Assembly: GCA_947259885.1 (NCBI GenBank)
Contig: CAMYNW010000012.1
Location: 74,769 to 138,768 of the forward strand
Origin: an uncultured Gammaproteobacteria bacterium
GTDB lineage: Bacteria; Pseudomonadota; Gammaproteobacteria; Arenicellales; Poriferihabitantaceae
Direction: 5' to 3'
DNA: 64,000 nt
The notes under the pieces were generated by a model. The model ran no database searches. It was given only the letters and a program-made list of their open reading frames with translations, and was not told where the DNA came from. Within the stretch, counting starts at the first letter, position 1. Every line of letters begins with the position of its first letter. Shown in pieces: positions 27,703-37,070 of this stretch. The position numbers and the translations under genes were made by a program.

Positions 27703-29499
27703 ATGTCAGAAAATCAAAATAATACCGACCCGACTCCTGAACAAACTGATCCATCTGAGATACTAGCCAGTAATATCAAACAATTAGAGTCGCTGCTCCG
27801 AGAGATTTCTAATGGGAATAATCACTTCAACCATGATCCTTATAATCTGAGCGAAGCCTGCTCTGCTTGGTTTGAAGTGATCTCGAAGAATCCAGAGAAA
27901 GTATTCGAGGCCGGGCTGCAATACTGGCAGGATGCAATGAAGCTCTACCATCAAAGTGCGTTGGCTTTGATGGGTGGGGAGACCGCCGAGCCGGTGATTA
28001 CGGAACAAAAAGGCGATCGCCGATTCCGGCACGAAGCCTGGCAGGACCAGCCCGTGTATAACTTGATCAAGCAATCTTATCTGCTGACATCACGCTGGGC
28101 ACGTAATCTAGTCACCGACGTTGACGGTCTCGATAAACAGACTGCTGAAAAAGTTGCTTTCTTTACAGAGCGTTATCTTGACAGTCTGTCGCCCACCAAT
28201 TTTGCGACCACTAATCCGGCGGTAATTGAAAAAACCATTGAATCCAATGGCGAAAATTTGGTCAAAGGCCTGCAAAACATGCTCGGGGATTTGAAGAAAG
28301 GCAACGGCTCCCTGCAAATTTCCATGACGGATACTGAAGCATTTGAGCTAGGTAAGAACGTCGCGACCACTCCTGGTAAGGTAGTATTTCGCAATCGAAT
28401 GCTGGAATTGCTGCAGTACACCCCGACTAGCAAATCTGTCTACACCAAACCCCTACTGATCATCCCGCCGTGGATCAATAAATACTATGTGATGGATCTT
28501 CAACCAAAGAATTCACTGATCAAATGGTTGGTCGACCAGGGACACACTGTATTCGTTGTGTCATGGATTAATCCCGATGAAAGTTATCGTGATACTGGTT
28601 TTGAGGATTATGTCATCGATGGAGTCGGTGCCGCGTTGAGCGCTATTGAGAAGGCGACCGGCCAGAAGAAGATCAATGCAATTGGCTACTGTATAGGCGG
28701 CGCATTGCTGGCAACTGCCTTAGCCTATTACAAAGCCACCGGTGACGATCGCATTACCAGCGCTACTTTACTTACTACGATGCTGGACTATTCCGATCCA
28801 GGGGAGCTGGGTGTATTCGTCGACCAGAAACAGGTGGATAGCCTTGACCTCCAGATGCAGGATAACGGATACCTCGAAGGGAGTTCCATGGCGACCACCT
28901 TCAACATGTTGCGCGCCAATGATTTGATCTGGTCGTTCTATATCAATAACTACCTGCTGGGCAATGATCCGCGACCATTTGATCTGCTTTACTGGAACTC
29001 AGATTCAACCCGAATGCCCGCAAAAATGCACAGCTGGTATCTGCAGAACTTCTATGTTGATAATCTCTTGTGTCAGCCTGGCGGTATCAGTATTGACGGT
29101 GTTGAAATCGATCTTTCCACCGTGGATGTTCCGATTTGCTTTGTCTCCACCATCGAAGATCATATCGCCCCGTGGAAGTCGACCTATGCGGGCGCCAAAT
29201 TGTTCTCTGGCCCTGTTCAGTTCATCCTCGGGGGATCTGGCCACATCGCAGGCGTAGTAAACCCACCCAGTGAAAAAAAATACGGCTACCGGGTGACCAA
29301 CAAACCACCGGCAAATCCAGAAAAATGGTTTACATCTGCTGAACAGAATGAAGGATCATGGTGGCCTGAATGGCAGCGTTGGATCAGCCGAAAGGCCGGA
29401 AAGAAAGTACCGGCGCGAAAACCTGGAGACGGAAAACTGAAAGTCATTGAAGATGCACCTGGCAGTTACGTTAAAGTAAGGTTAGGTACAGACCACTGA
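27703..29499 (+). CDS. phaC: Class I poly(R)-hydroxyalkanoate synthase
   Basis: 598 aa. It has the lipase-like box GYCIGG (active-site Cys), the conserved PPWINKYYVMDL segment, and class I size. Confidence 0.9.
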   Translation: MSENQNNTDPTPEQTDPSEILASNIKQLESLLREISNGNNHFNHDPYNLSEACSAWFEVISKNPEKVFEAGLQYWQDAMKLYHQSALALMGGETAEPVITEQKGDRRFRHEAWQDQPVYNLIKQSYLLTSRWARNLVTDVDGLDKQTAEKVAFFTERYLDSLSPTNFATTNPAVIEKTIESNGENLVKGLQNMLGDLKKGNGSLQISMTDTEAFELGKNVATTPGKVVFRNRMLELLQYTPTSKSVYTKPLLIIPPWINKYYVMDLQPKNSLIKWLVDQGHTVFVVSWINPDESYRDTGFEDYVIDGVGAALSAIEKATGQKKINAIGYCIGGALLATALAYYKATGDDRITSATLLTTMLDYSDPGELGVFVDQKQVDSLDLQMQDNGYLEGSSMATTFNMLRANDLIWSFYINNYLLGNDPRPFDLLYWNSDSTRMPAKMHSWYLQNFYVDNLLCQPGGISIDGVEIDLSTVDVPICFVSTIEDHIAPWKSTYAGAKLFSGPVQFILGGSGHIAGVVNPPSEKKYGYRVTNKPPANPEKWFTSAEQNEGSWWPEWQRWISRKAGKKVPARKPGDGKLKVIEDAPGSYVKVRLGTDH

Positions 29500-29651
29500 G
29501 AAAAATATTCTCACAAGAATTTGACTGCTGCCAATCCTGTTGGTCTGCGTCTCTGTCTTTAGTTTAGTTCCAAGCGTTAAACCAATATGATAAATTGAAC
29601 GTTAGATCATCAATCTAGACCACTTTCCACCATAACCAAGAGGGCAATAAT

Positions 29652-30374
29652 ATGAGCAGAGTCGCTTTAGTCACCGGCGGTACCCGGGGCATCGGGGAAG
29701 CCATAAGCGTCGATTTAAAGAAAGCCGGATACAATGCCGTTGCCACCTATGCAGGCAACGAGCAATCGGCTAAAGAGTTCAGCGAACGAAACGGTATTCC
29801 GACCTATAAATTCGATGTGAGCGATTTCGACGCCTGCAGCGCTGCAATTGATAAGATTGAATCTGATGTTGGGCCGATTGAAATATTAGTTAATAATGCC
29901 GGCATCACCCGAGACGGCACCATGCATCGCATGGATTTTGCGCAATGGAATACGGTAATACAAACCAATCTTTCTTCGTGTTTCAATATGAGCCGCGGTG
30001 TAATCGAAGGAATGCGCGAGCGAGGCTTCGGTCGCATCGTCAACATCGGTTCCGTCAACGGGCAGGCCGGGCAATATGGCCAGGTCAACTATGCTGCCGC
30101 TAAATCCGGAATTCACGGTTTTACCAAAGCCCTGGCTCAGGAGGGCGCGAGTAAAGATATTACTGTAAACGCAATCGCGCCAGGTTATGTCCTCACGGAC
30201 ATGGTTAAAGCCGTGCCGGAAAAAGTTCTGGAGAAAATAATCGCCACTATCCCGGTGGGAAGATTAGGAGATCCTCATGACATTGCTCGCGGCGTTTTGT
30301 TCCTTGTGAGTGATCAAGCAGGATTTATCACTGGATCCACGGTCAATATCAACGGCGGCCAGCACATGTATTAA
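29652..30374 (+). CDS. Acetoacetyl-CoA reductase / 3-oxoacyl reductase (second phaB-like SDR)
   Basis: 240 aa with TGGTRGIG, NNAG, YAAAK and VNINGGQHMY. It is a clear paralog of the gene at 25557-26303. Confidence 0.8.
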   Translation: MSRVALVTGGTRGIGEAISVDLKKAGYNAVATYAGNEQSAKEFSERNGIPTYKFDVSDFDACSAAIDKIESDVGPIEILVNNAGITRDGTMHRMDFAQWNTVIQTNLSSCFNMSRGVIEGMRERGFGRIVNIGSVNGQAGQYGQVNYAAAKSGIHGFTKALAQEGASKDITVNAIAPGYVLTDMVKAVPEKVLEKIIATIPVGRLGDPHDIARGVLFLVSDQAGFITGSTVNINGGQHMY

Positions 30375-30380
30375 CTAGTA

Positions 30381-31445
30381 TTAACTCGGTCGATACTCGA
30401 CCGGCTCAGCTAACCAAGTACCGATTTCAGGCAGTATGGTCAGCTGGGCCTTTTTACTTACCAGCAAGCCAATATGACCGCCCTCGAACTCGAGTTCCTG
30501 GTAGGCTGACGAATCGACAAATCGCTTAAGCGCAGCGGAAGATTCCGGGGGCACCAGGTGATCATACTTGGCGAACACATTCAGCACCGGCATCTGCAGG
30601 CTGTCCAATCTGACCTGATTTCCGCCTATTTCCAAGCTATCTTGTACCAATGCGTTTTCCTGAAAAAAACCCTGCACAAACTGGGCAAAAGCCCTACCGG
30701 GCTGATCCGGGCAGTGGTACACCCATTGATCCATTTTCATCATCAATTCAAGCTTGCGGCCCACTGCTGGCTGATCGATTTGCTGCACCTGCCGAATCAT
30801 ATCTTCGAATGGGCGCATCATTTGAAACAGCATAGTTATCAGGGTACCGGGAATATTCTGTGGATTGGAAGCCAGTATGTTCATGTCCAGAAAACGCGCC
30901 CAGTGCGTCAGAAGACTGTCACCTGCGTGAAAATCGACGGGCGTGACCAGCGTCACTAATTTGTTTACCTTAGTAGGATGCAGACAGGCATAACAAAGGG
31001 CGAATGTACCTCCCTGACAGATGCCAAGAAGATTTACAGCCTCGAACCCGCCATGCTGTTGAAGGTAGCTCACCGCTGCATCGATGTATTCCTCGACGTA
31101 CACACTTATATCGTTTTCGCGATCAGGCTCACGGACCTCGCCCCAGTCAAGTATGTAAACACGATGGCCCTTTTCTATTATTCGCTTCACCAGGGAATGA
31201 TCCGGATGAAGATCGATGACACAGGGTTGATTGACGTGTGAGTAGACAATCAAAAGCGGTATCTGGGTTAGATCTCCGCCTTCAAAATGTCTCAACCTCA
31301 TTGCGCCATGTTCGAGCACCACGCTGTTCGGGCTTGACCAGTCCAGCTGCCCCTGTTGCGCAGTAATCTGACGATTAAGCTGCTGGTAACGCTTACGGAA
31401 CTGGTCAAGTTCCGCGGCCACATCAACACTGGTTTCGTCACTCAT
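30381..31445 (-). CDS. phaC: Small-type PHA synthase catalytic subunit (class III/IV PhaC)
   Basis: 354 aa from the ATG at 31445. It has the lipase box GICQGG, and its size is that of class III/IV PhaC. Its ATG overlaps the stop of the upstream small ORF by 8 nt (ATGAGTGA). Confidence 0.8.
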   Translation of the reverse strand: MSDETSVDVAAELDQFRKRYQQLNRQITAQQGQLDWSSPNSVVLEHGAMRLRHFEGGDLTQIPLLIVYSHVNQPCVIDLHPDHSLVKRIIEKGHRVYILDWGEVREPDRENDISVYVEEYIDAAVSYLQQHGGFEAVNLLGICQGGTFALCYACLHPTKVNKLVTLVTPVDFHAGDSLLTHWARFLDMNILASNPQNIPGTLITMLFQMMRPFEDMIRQVQQIDQPAVGRKLELMMKMDQWVYHCPDQPGRAFAQFVQGFFQENALVQDSLEIGGNQVRLDSLQMPVLNVFAKYDHLVPPESSAALKRFVDSSAYQELEFEGGHIGLLVSKKAQLTILPEIGTWLAEPVEYRPS

Positions 31446-32001
31446 GCTTAGCGGCACCGAGCATAGTGTTTACGACCTCGCCTATCGCCCTGGCAAAAGC
31501 GTCGGAGCGAATCAACCGGCTATATGCCTGATCGCAGGCTCCAGCCCAGCTCACAAAAAATTGCTGCAGGTCCAGATGCTCTGAATCCATTTGCTCGAGT
31601 GCAGGCAGTAACTGCTCCATGGCCTCTATACCGGCTTGTTGAGCCTCCTGATACAGTTTGTGGACCCAGTGCCATTGTTGGTCCTCATAGTTAGGCGCAT
31701 CGAGCCCCGCGTAAGCCGAAGACATCGCGCCCGACTGCTGAATAACATAGTTTTGCCAAACTGCAGCAAGTCTCGATCGCAACTGCTGATCATCTGAAAA
31801 ATTTCTACCCTGCTCGATGGCTTGTTTGACCAAAGCATAGCATTGGCCAATTTGTACGTAACATGCACCAGAGAACAGATACTTCTGAAATGGGCCGACG
31901 TCAGTGGGATGATTATCTTGTCGCAGGGTATACTCGTGATCGGAGCCGTTTGCCAGATTATCGCAGGATGCTCTGGCATAATCATCGTCAATTCCCCCCA
32001 C
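31438..32001 (-). CDS. Putative PHA synthase partner subunit (PhaE/PhaR-type); start uncertain
   Basis: It is translationally coupled to the small-type phaC and sits in the position of phaE. It is helical and Gln-rich. The longest ORF (GTG at 32001) would leave only 11 nt before the divergent LysE start, so an internal TTG start is possible. Confidence 0.4.
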   Translation of the reverse strand: MGGIDDDYARASCDNLANGSDHEYTLRQDNHPTDVGPFQKYLFSGACYVQIGQCYALVKQAIEQGRNFSDDQQLRSRLAAVWQNYVIQQSGAMSSAYAGLDAPNYEDQQWHWVHKLYQEAQQAGIEAMEQLLPALEQMDSEHLDLQQFFVSWAGACDQAYSRLIRSDAFARAIGEVVNTMLGAAKHE

Positions 32002-32012
32002 ATATTAATCCA

Positions 32013-32639
32013 ATGATTCCTATCGATATTGCACTCGGCTTTTTCGGCATTTCGGTTGTCCTTGGAATGGCTCCGGGGCCAGACAATATTTTTGTACTGA
32101 CACAATCTGCACTTAAGGGCCGGCTCGCAGGTTTCATTGTAACGCTCGGACTTTGCAGCGGGATCATCATCCACACTACCGCGGTTGCTTTCGGCGTAGC
32201 CGCTTTGTTCCAGGCATCACAGTTCGCTTTTGTCGCACTTAAAGTAATCGGTGCGATATACCTTCTGTATCTGGCCTGGCAGGCGTTTCGCGCATCGTCC
32301 CAGGAAGTCGCGTTCAGCGGAACTCAGCGCCCGGAATACGGAAAGCTTTATCGCCGTGGCTTCATTATGAACATCACCAATCCCAAGGTGTCGATATTTT
32401 TTCTGGCCTTCTTGCCGCAATTTGCCGATCCCTCCAGGGGCCCGTTACCACCTCAGATGCTGTTGCTGGGGCTGCTGTTTATCGCATCGACCATCGTGGT
32501 ATTTGGAAGTATTGCCCTGCTGGCAGGCACGCTTGGAGAGAAATTCGCCAGCTCCCCTAGAGCACAACTTATACTCAACCGCGTGGCGGGCACCGTCTTT
32601 ACAGCCTTAGCTATAAAACTTGCTGCAGCGGAGAGATAA
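32013..32639 (+). CDS. LysE/RhtB-family exporter (second copy)
   Basis: 208 aa from the ATG at 32013 (MIPIDIALGFF). It has the GMAPGPDNIFVLTQS and NPKVSIFFLAFLPQF motifs. The ORF-track extension back to 31863 overlaps the opposite-strand gene and is rejected. Confidence 0.8.
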   Translation: MIPIDIALGFFGISVVLGMAPGPDNIFVLTQSALKGRLAGFIVTLGLCSGIIIHTTAVAFGVAALFQASQFAFVALKVIGAIYLLYLAWQAFRASSQEVAFSGTQRPEYGKLYRRGFIMNITNPKVSIFFLAFLPQFADPSRGPLPPQMLLLGLLFIASTIVVFGSIALLAGTLGEKFASSPRAQLILNRVAGTVFTALAIKLAAAER

Positions 32640-32650
32640 TAGAATAAATT

Positions 32651-33535
32651 TTACTGCTGCTCGGCCTGCTGGTCGAAAAATGAAGCTGTCTGCGGCAGTT
32701 GTGGGGTCATCATTTCAAAAGGCGTGCAGCGAATTCGTCCGCAGCGCTCACCACTGACAATTATACCTTCATGGCGATTCGGCATGGGATTTGCGGAACA
32801 CGGTATCGCATCATCCGCAGAATACACGCAGATAAACAGCGTTCGCGAGTGCTCCGATTGATTTGCCGTTGAACCGTGCAGTAGTCGAGTATGCATCAGG
32901 CAAACAGACCCAGCCGGGCCAGTACAGCTTATCGATTCCTGCTCACAATCAGACGCAACGTTTTGTTCTACCGCACCGGTAAATACTCCATCATGCCAAA
33001 GCCCATGAATATCTCCAAGATGTGAGCCAGGCACCACCTGCAACGGCCCGTTTTCCTCGGTGACGTCATCGATCATGATCAATGCAGTGACCAGATCGTC
33101 ATTACTATGCGGAGTAAAAGGAAAATCCTGGTGCCATTTAACTTCAGTTTGGCCTCCCGGCAACTTGGAATTGATTTTACTATGATGGAATTTGACGTCT
33201 GGACCGATCAAGTTCGCCACCATACCGGGAACGCGACTTTCGGACATTGCCTCGTAATAGTCCTTGGAGATTTCCACTGGCGCATTCACCCGGCGTAAGC
33301 CTGGTTTGTCATAAGAGTGTCCCGGTTCCAGGTCAAAACGAGGTTTTCCATTGATGGTTTCGCCATAGGGTTCAACCTGATCCCGGCTCTCTTCAACCCA
33401 CTTATCGAATTGTTGCTGTAGCCCGACCAGTAACTGGGGCTCTAAAGCCTGCTCTACAACTAAATAGCCATTCTTCTGAAAGAACTCAACCTGGCCCACC
33501 GTAAGTTCTGACACGTTTTGAAGGTGTTCACGCAT
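32651..33535 (-). CDS. Phytanoyl-CoA dioxygenase (PhyH) family Fe(II)/2OG oxygenase
   Basis: 294 aa from the ATG at 33535. It has WHQDFPF (H-x-D), VVPGSH and a distal His in LLHGS. It is the intact paralog of the pseudogene at 6831-7386. Confidence 0.8.
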   Translation of the reverse strand: MREHLQNVSELTVGQVEFFQKNGYLVVEQALEPQLLVGLQQQFDKWVEESRDQVEPYGETINGKPRFDLEPGHSYDKPGLRRVNAPVEISKDYYEAMSESRVPGMVANLIGPDVKFHHSKINSKLPGGQTEVKWHQDFPFTPHSNDDLVTALIMIDDVTEENGPLQVVPGSHLGDIHGLWHDGVFTGAVEQNVASDCEQESISCTGPAGSVCLMHTRLLHGSTANQSEHSRTLFICVYSADDAIPCSANPMPNRHEGIIVSGERCGRIRCTPFEMMTPQLPQTASFFDQQAEQQ

Positions 33536-33703
33536 AGCCTCAATTATAGCCAATAAGCAACTTTATTCTGCAACAGGATAGGTTTTAATATCCAAGTCAG
33601 TCGGCCTGAATGCATTTAATCGAACACTCCAATTGTCATTAAAACAGGTCTATACTCAGCCGCCTGTAGCAGCAATGATCAGAATATTCCGACGGAGGCA
33701 ACT

Positions 33704-34471
33704 ATGAGCGCAACCACCCATCGATTAGAAACCCCTGGCACCGATCTTGAGCACTGGCAGCTGAGAGTTGATCTGGCAGCATGCTTCCGCATGGCAGCCG
33801 AGTTAGATTTTCATGAATCCGTCGCCAATCATTTCAGCGCAGCGGTATCGGAAGACGGCACCAAGTTTTTGATGAATCCTCGATGGAAACACTTTTCACT
33901 GATCAAAGCCAGCGACCTGCAGCTTCTCGATAGCAATGACAGCGAAACGATGCAGAGGGATGACGCTCCGGATCCGTCAGCCTGGAATATTCACTCCAAC
34001 ATTCACGCCAAGATTCCGAATGCGCGGGTACTTCTGCATTGTCATCCGACCTATGCCACCGCACTTGCGACATTGCAGGACCCCTCAATCAAACCGATCG
34101 ATCAGAACACCGCCAGGTTCTATAACCGCATGACCGTTGATTTAGGATTTGGTGGTCTAGCCGATAATGAACAAGAAGGCGAACGTATCGCGGAAGCCCT
34201 TGGTAAACATAATGTCATGATGATGGGAAATCATGGCGTCACTGCAGTGGGCAAAACCGTTGCAGAAGCGTTCGAAGATCTCTACATGTTAGAGCGCGCC
34301 TGCCGAACCATGATTCTCGCATACCAGACAGGGCAGCCACTGAACGTCATGCCCGATGATTTGGCTGAAAAGACCGCCGCGGGGTGGGATGACTTTCGTG
34401 CTGCAGGCACCGCACATTTCGAACAATTCAAATTGCTGCTGAACCAAAAAGATCCCTCCTACGCTGACTGA
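33704..34471 (+). CDS. Class II aldolase / adducin-domain protein
   Basis: 255 aa with the metal-binding His pattern (IHSNIH, LLHCHPTYATAL, MGNHGVTAVG) typical of class II aldolase/adducin N-terminal domain proteins. It has a GGAGG RBS. Confidence 0.8.
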   Translation: MSATTHRLETPGTDLEHWQLRVDLAACFRMAAELDFHESVANHFSAAVSEDGTKFLMNPRWKHFSLIKASDLQLLDSNDSETMQRDDAPDPSAWNIHSNIHAKIPNARVLLHCHPTYATALATLQDPSIKPIDQNTARFYNRMTVDLGFGGLADNEQEGERIAEALGKHNVMMMGNHGVTAVGKTVAEAFEDLYMLERACRTMILAYQTGQPLNVMPDDLAEKTAAGWDDFRAAGTAHFEQFKLLLNQKDPSYAD

Positions 34472-34529
34472 TCTAGTTGTGCTAAATCACAATTCAGTGG
34501 AAAAAAAGTGCCACTAGCTGAAAGATCTT

Positions 34530-36953
34530 TTAGAACAACTCCGCCTGAGCACTGACCAACGAGTCAAAATCGAGGCCAATGAAAGGAAGAACCGCATCGG
34601 CGACCGGTTTCAGCTGCCGGTCTATATAGTGATCATAGTCAATGGGGTTAACCATGTGTTCCAAAGGTTCGGGGCCGCCAATAGTCATGACATAACTGAT
34701 CCAGCCCTTGTTCTGATATCGCAATGTCTTTCCCTTTTTCTGATTAATTTGATCAGCAATACGTGCCGCCCGCACATGAGGTGGGACATTTTTTACATAT
34801 GCCGATAGCTTGCGCCGAAGTTGTTTTCTATAAATCAGTTTGTCGTCACGCTTCCCTGCCATTGTTTCCTCTACTGTTCGCTTGATCAGTTCACTCGGAT
34901 CCCGCTCGTGGAACACCATTTCAAACAATTCCAATTGAAATCCCTTAGCTAGATCAGTCCAGTCGGTTCGAACATTTTCGAGGCCCTTGAACACAATTTG
35001 ATCAGGCTCGCCCGGATCGCCCGCCACCAGACCCGCATACCTTTTCTTACTGCCCGCTTCCGACCCACGAATGGTTGGCATGAGAAAACGGCTGAAATGG
35101 GTTTCAAACTCAATTTCCAGAAAGCACTCAAGATCAAACTCTCTCGAAAGAACCTCTCGCCATTTGTGATTAATTATGTCAGCCAGATCCTGACCTATCT
35201 TTATGCAGGCTGCTTGATCAAGTGCCTCATCGAGCCGCACAAACGTCGAATCGGTGTCCCCATAAATGACTTCATAGCCTTTCTGTTCAATCCATTTTCC
35301 AGTGGTCTGCATAATTTCGTGACCGCGCATAGTGATCGAACTTGCCAGCCTGTAGTCATAAAATCGACATCCGCCCGAGCCCAGCACACCATAGAACGAA
35401 TTCATCAATATTTTGATTGCCTGAGAGCGAGGTAAGTCGCGGTCACGTTTGGCATGATCGCGTTGACGCCACAGATCAGTGATAATTTGCGGTAGATAGT
35501 GACGCGTTCTGTGGAAACAGCCGCCACGAAATCCTGGGATACTTTTATCGGGGTTCTTAAGACCCTCTACAAGACCCATAGGGTCGATTTTGAATGTTCG
35601 AATTATTGACGGATACAAGCTTTTAAAATCGAGAACCAACACATTGCGATACAGGCCCGGTTTTGAATCCATAACATAACCACCCGGGCTGGCTAAACCA
35701 CCATCAGCCGGCAGATTAGGCGCAATGTAGCCGCCACGATGCAGGCGCGGCAGATAAAGATTGGTGAAAGCCGCAACTGAGCCCCCTGCCCGGTCGAGTT
35801 CCAACCCGGTTATCTGGCTGCGTAATATCAAATAGTCCATGATGCCGGTGTGTTTGAAGATATCCAGGACCAGTCGACAGTCCTCAAGGTTATACGCTGC
35901 CAGCGCCGGCTTGTTGTGCAGAAAGTTATGCTGGATCTCAGCAAGCCTGTCATCCACGTCCTGATCCACTTTCTTGCCGCGTGCAAGCAATGCCCTTGAC
36001 ACGTGCTCCAATGAAAAACTCGGAAAGCTCCATGTTGCTGATTTGAGTGCATCAATACCATCGATCGCTAACCGCCCGGGAATCGTGACGTAGCCTTTTG
36101 TGGGATCGCCCCTGGTATCACGCCATGATGCGATTCGATTATTTCGTCCAATACTGAACGGAATCTTGTATCGCTCCGCGCGCTTGAGCAAAATTCGCAT
36201 ATCGAAATTTATCAGGTTCCATCCGACCAGAAGATCCGGATCAATTTGAACAATGCGATCGCGCAACCCTTCCAAAAGAGAAGGCTCGCTTTCAAACCAT
36301 CGAATCTGGGTTTGTCCGTCGTTTTCCGGGTTACCGATCATAAGCACCTCATTTACAGCAGCTACTGACTCGACTCCAGCTCCTGCCAGCCCTACCGAAT
36401 ACAACTCCCCATCCATGTCACACTCAATGTCCAGTGATAGAAGGCTCAGCGACGGAAGATAGCCAGATGCTTTTAATCTACAGTTACGATACTCGATAAA
36501 CCCCTTGCACTGAAATCGCTCGCCAACGAACGTCGCACTTCCATAAACAAATCTTTCCATTAAATAACGATTGTGCAGTCTGAAGTCAGACTCAAACAAT
36601 TCGATACCACTGTGTTGCAGTAAATCCTGTGCGGTGAAATGATCGCTGATCGTGTGCGAATAAACCCCAGCTGTTGCTTGTCCATTAAATAAATTGAGCG
36701 CGAGTGGACGCACTTCAACCTTGGGTCGCATTCGTTCAAGTAACTGGGATGCATTAGCTGCTGATTCAGCAGCAATAAAGAAGACCGGCCTCTCGCCGTT
36801 TATAAGAACCCTTGCAGGGCCTTCGTCCGTAGCAGCCCAATACTCGATCTGAGTCGAATTATTACGGTCGTGACTGGATCGGGACAGCAAAAATCCCTGT
36901 TGCACTGTAGAATACGACGGTGGGAGATCGGAGATGAGGCGATTGCTGGTCAT
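34530..36953 (-). CDS. polB: DNA polymerase II (family B)
   Basis: 807 aa with exonuclease motifs (SLDIEC), the pol motif A region VLDFKSLYPSII, motif B KILMNSFYG, and motif C YGDTDS. Confidence 0.92.
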   Translation of the reverse strand: MTSNRLISDLPPSYSTVQQGFLLSRSSHDRNNSTQIEYWAATDEGPARVLINGERPVFFIAAESAANASQLLERMRPKVEVRPLALNLFNGQATAGVYSHTISDHFTAQDLLQHSGIELFESDFRLHNRYLMERFVYGSATFVGERFQCKGFIEYRNCRLKASGYLPSLSLLSLDIECDMDGELYSVGLAGAGVESVAAVNEVLMIGNPENDGQTQIRWFESEPSLLEGLRDRIVQIDPDLLVGWNLINFDMRILLKRAERYKIPFSIGRNNRIASWRDTRGDPTKGYVTIPGRLAIDGIDALKSATWSFPSFSLEHVSRALLARGKKVDQDVDDRLAEIQHNFLHNKPALAAYNLEDCRLVLDIFKHTGIMDYLILRSQITGLELDRAGGSVAAFTNLYLPRLHRGGYIAPNLPADGGLASPGGYVMDSKPGLYRNVLVLDFKSLYPSIIRTFKIDPMGLVEGLKNPDKSIPGFRGGCFHRTRHYLPQIITDLWRQRDHAKRDRDLPRSQAIKILMNSFYGVLGSGGCRFYDYRLASSITMRGHEIMQTTGKWIEQKGYEVIYGDTDSTFVRLDEALDQAACIKIGQDLADIINHKWREVLSREFDLECFLEIEFETHFSRFLMPTIRGSEAGSKKRYAGLVAGDPGEPDQIVFKGLENVRTDWTDLAKGFQLELFEMVFHERDPSELIKRTVEETMAGKRDDKLIYRKQLRRKLSAYVKNVPPHVRAARIADQINQKKGKTLRYQNKGWISYVMTIGGPEPLEHMVNPIDYDHYIDRQLKPVADAVLPFIGLDFDSLVSAQAELF

Positions 36954-37070
36954 GGGGGAAACATACCGGCATTATTTCATTGCATCAAATCTATTACGGA
37001 CATAATTAGTTAAACGCCAGCAAAGCGATAATCCGCTAGATTGCTGCAAAGCCTGATTGGGGTGAGTAAG

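Noticed and set aside
31626-32174. 182-aa minus-strand ORF, together with the 5' extension of the LysE ORF (31863-32012)
   Set aside because: Both overlap better-supported genes (phaE-like, LysE) and show no recognisable motifs. The LysE family N-terminus begins at the ATG at 32013.
36954-37070. Looked for a LexA/SOS box (CTGT-N8-ACAG) upstream of polB
   Set aside because: No CTGT-N8-ACAG-like sequence is present in the 117-nt upstream region, so there is no support for SOS control from sequence alone.
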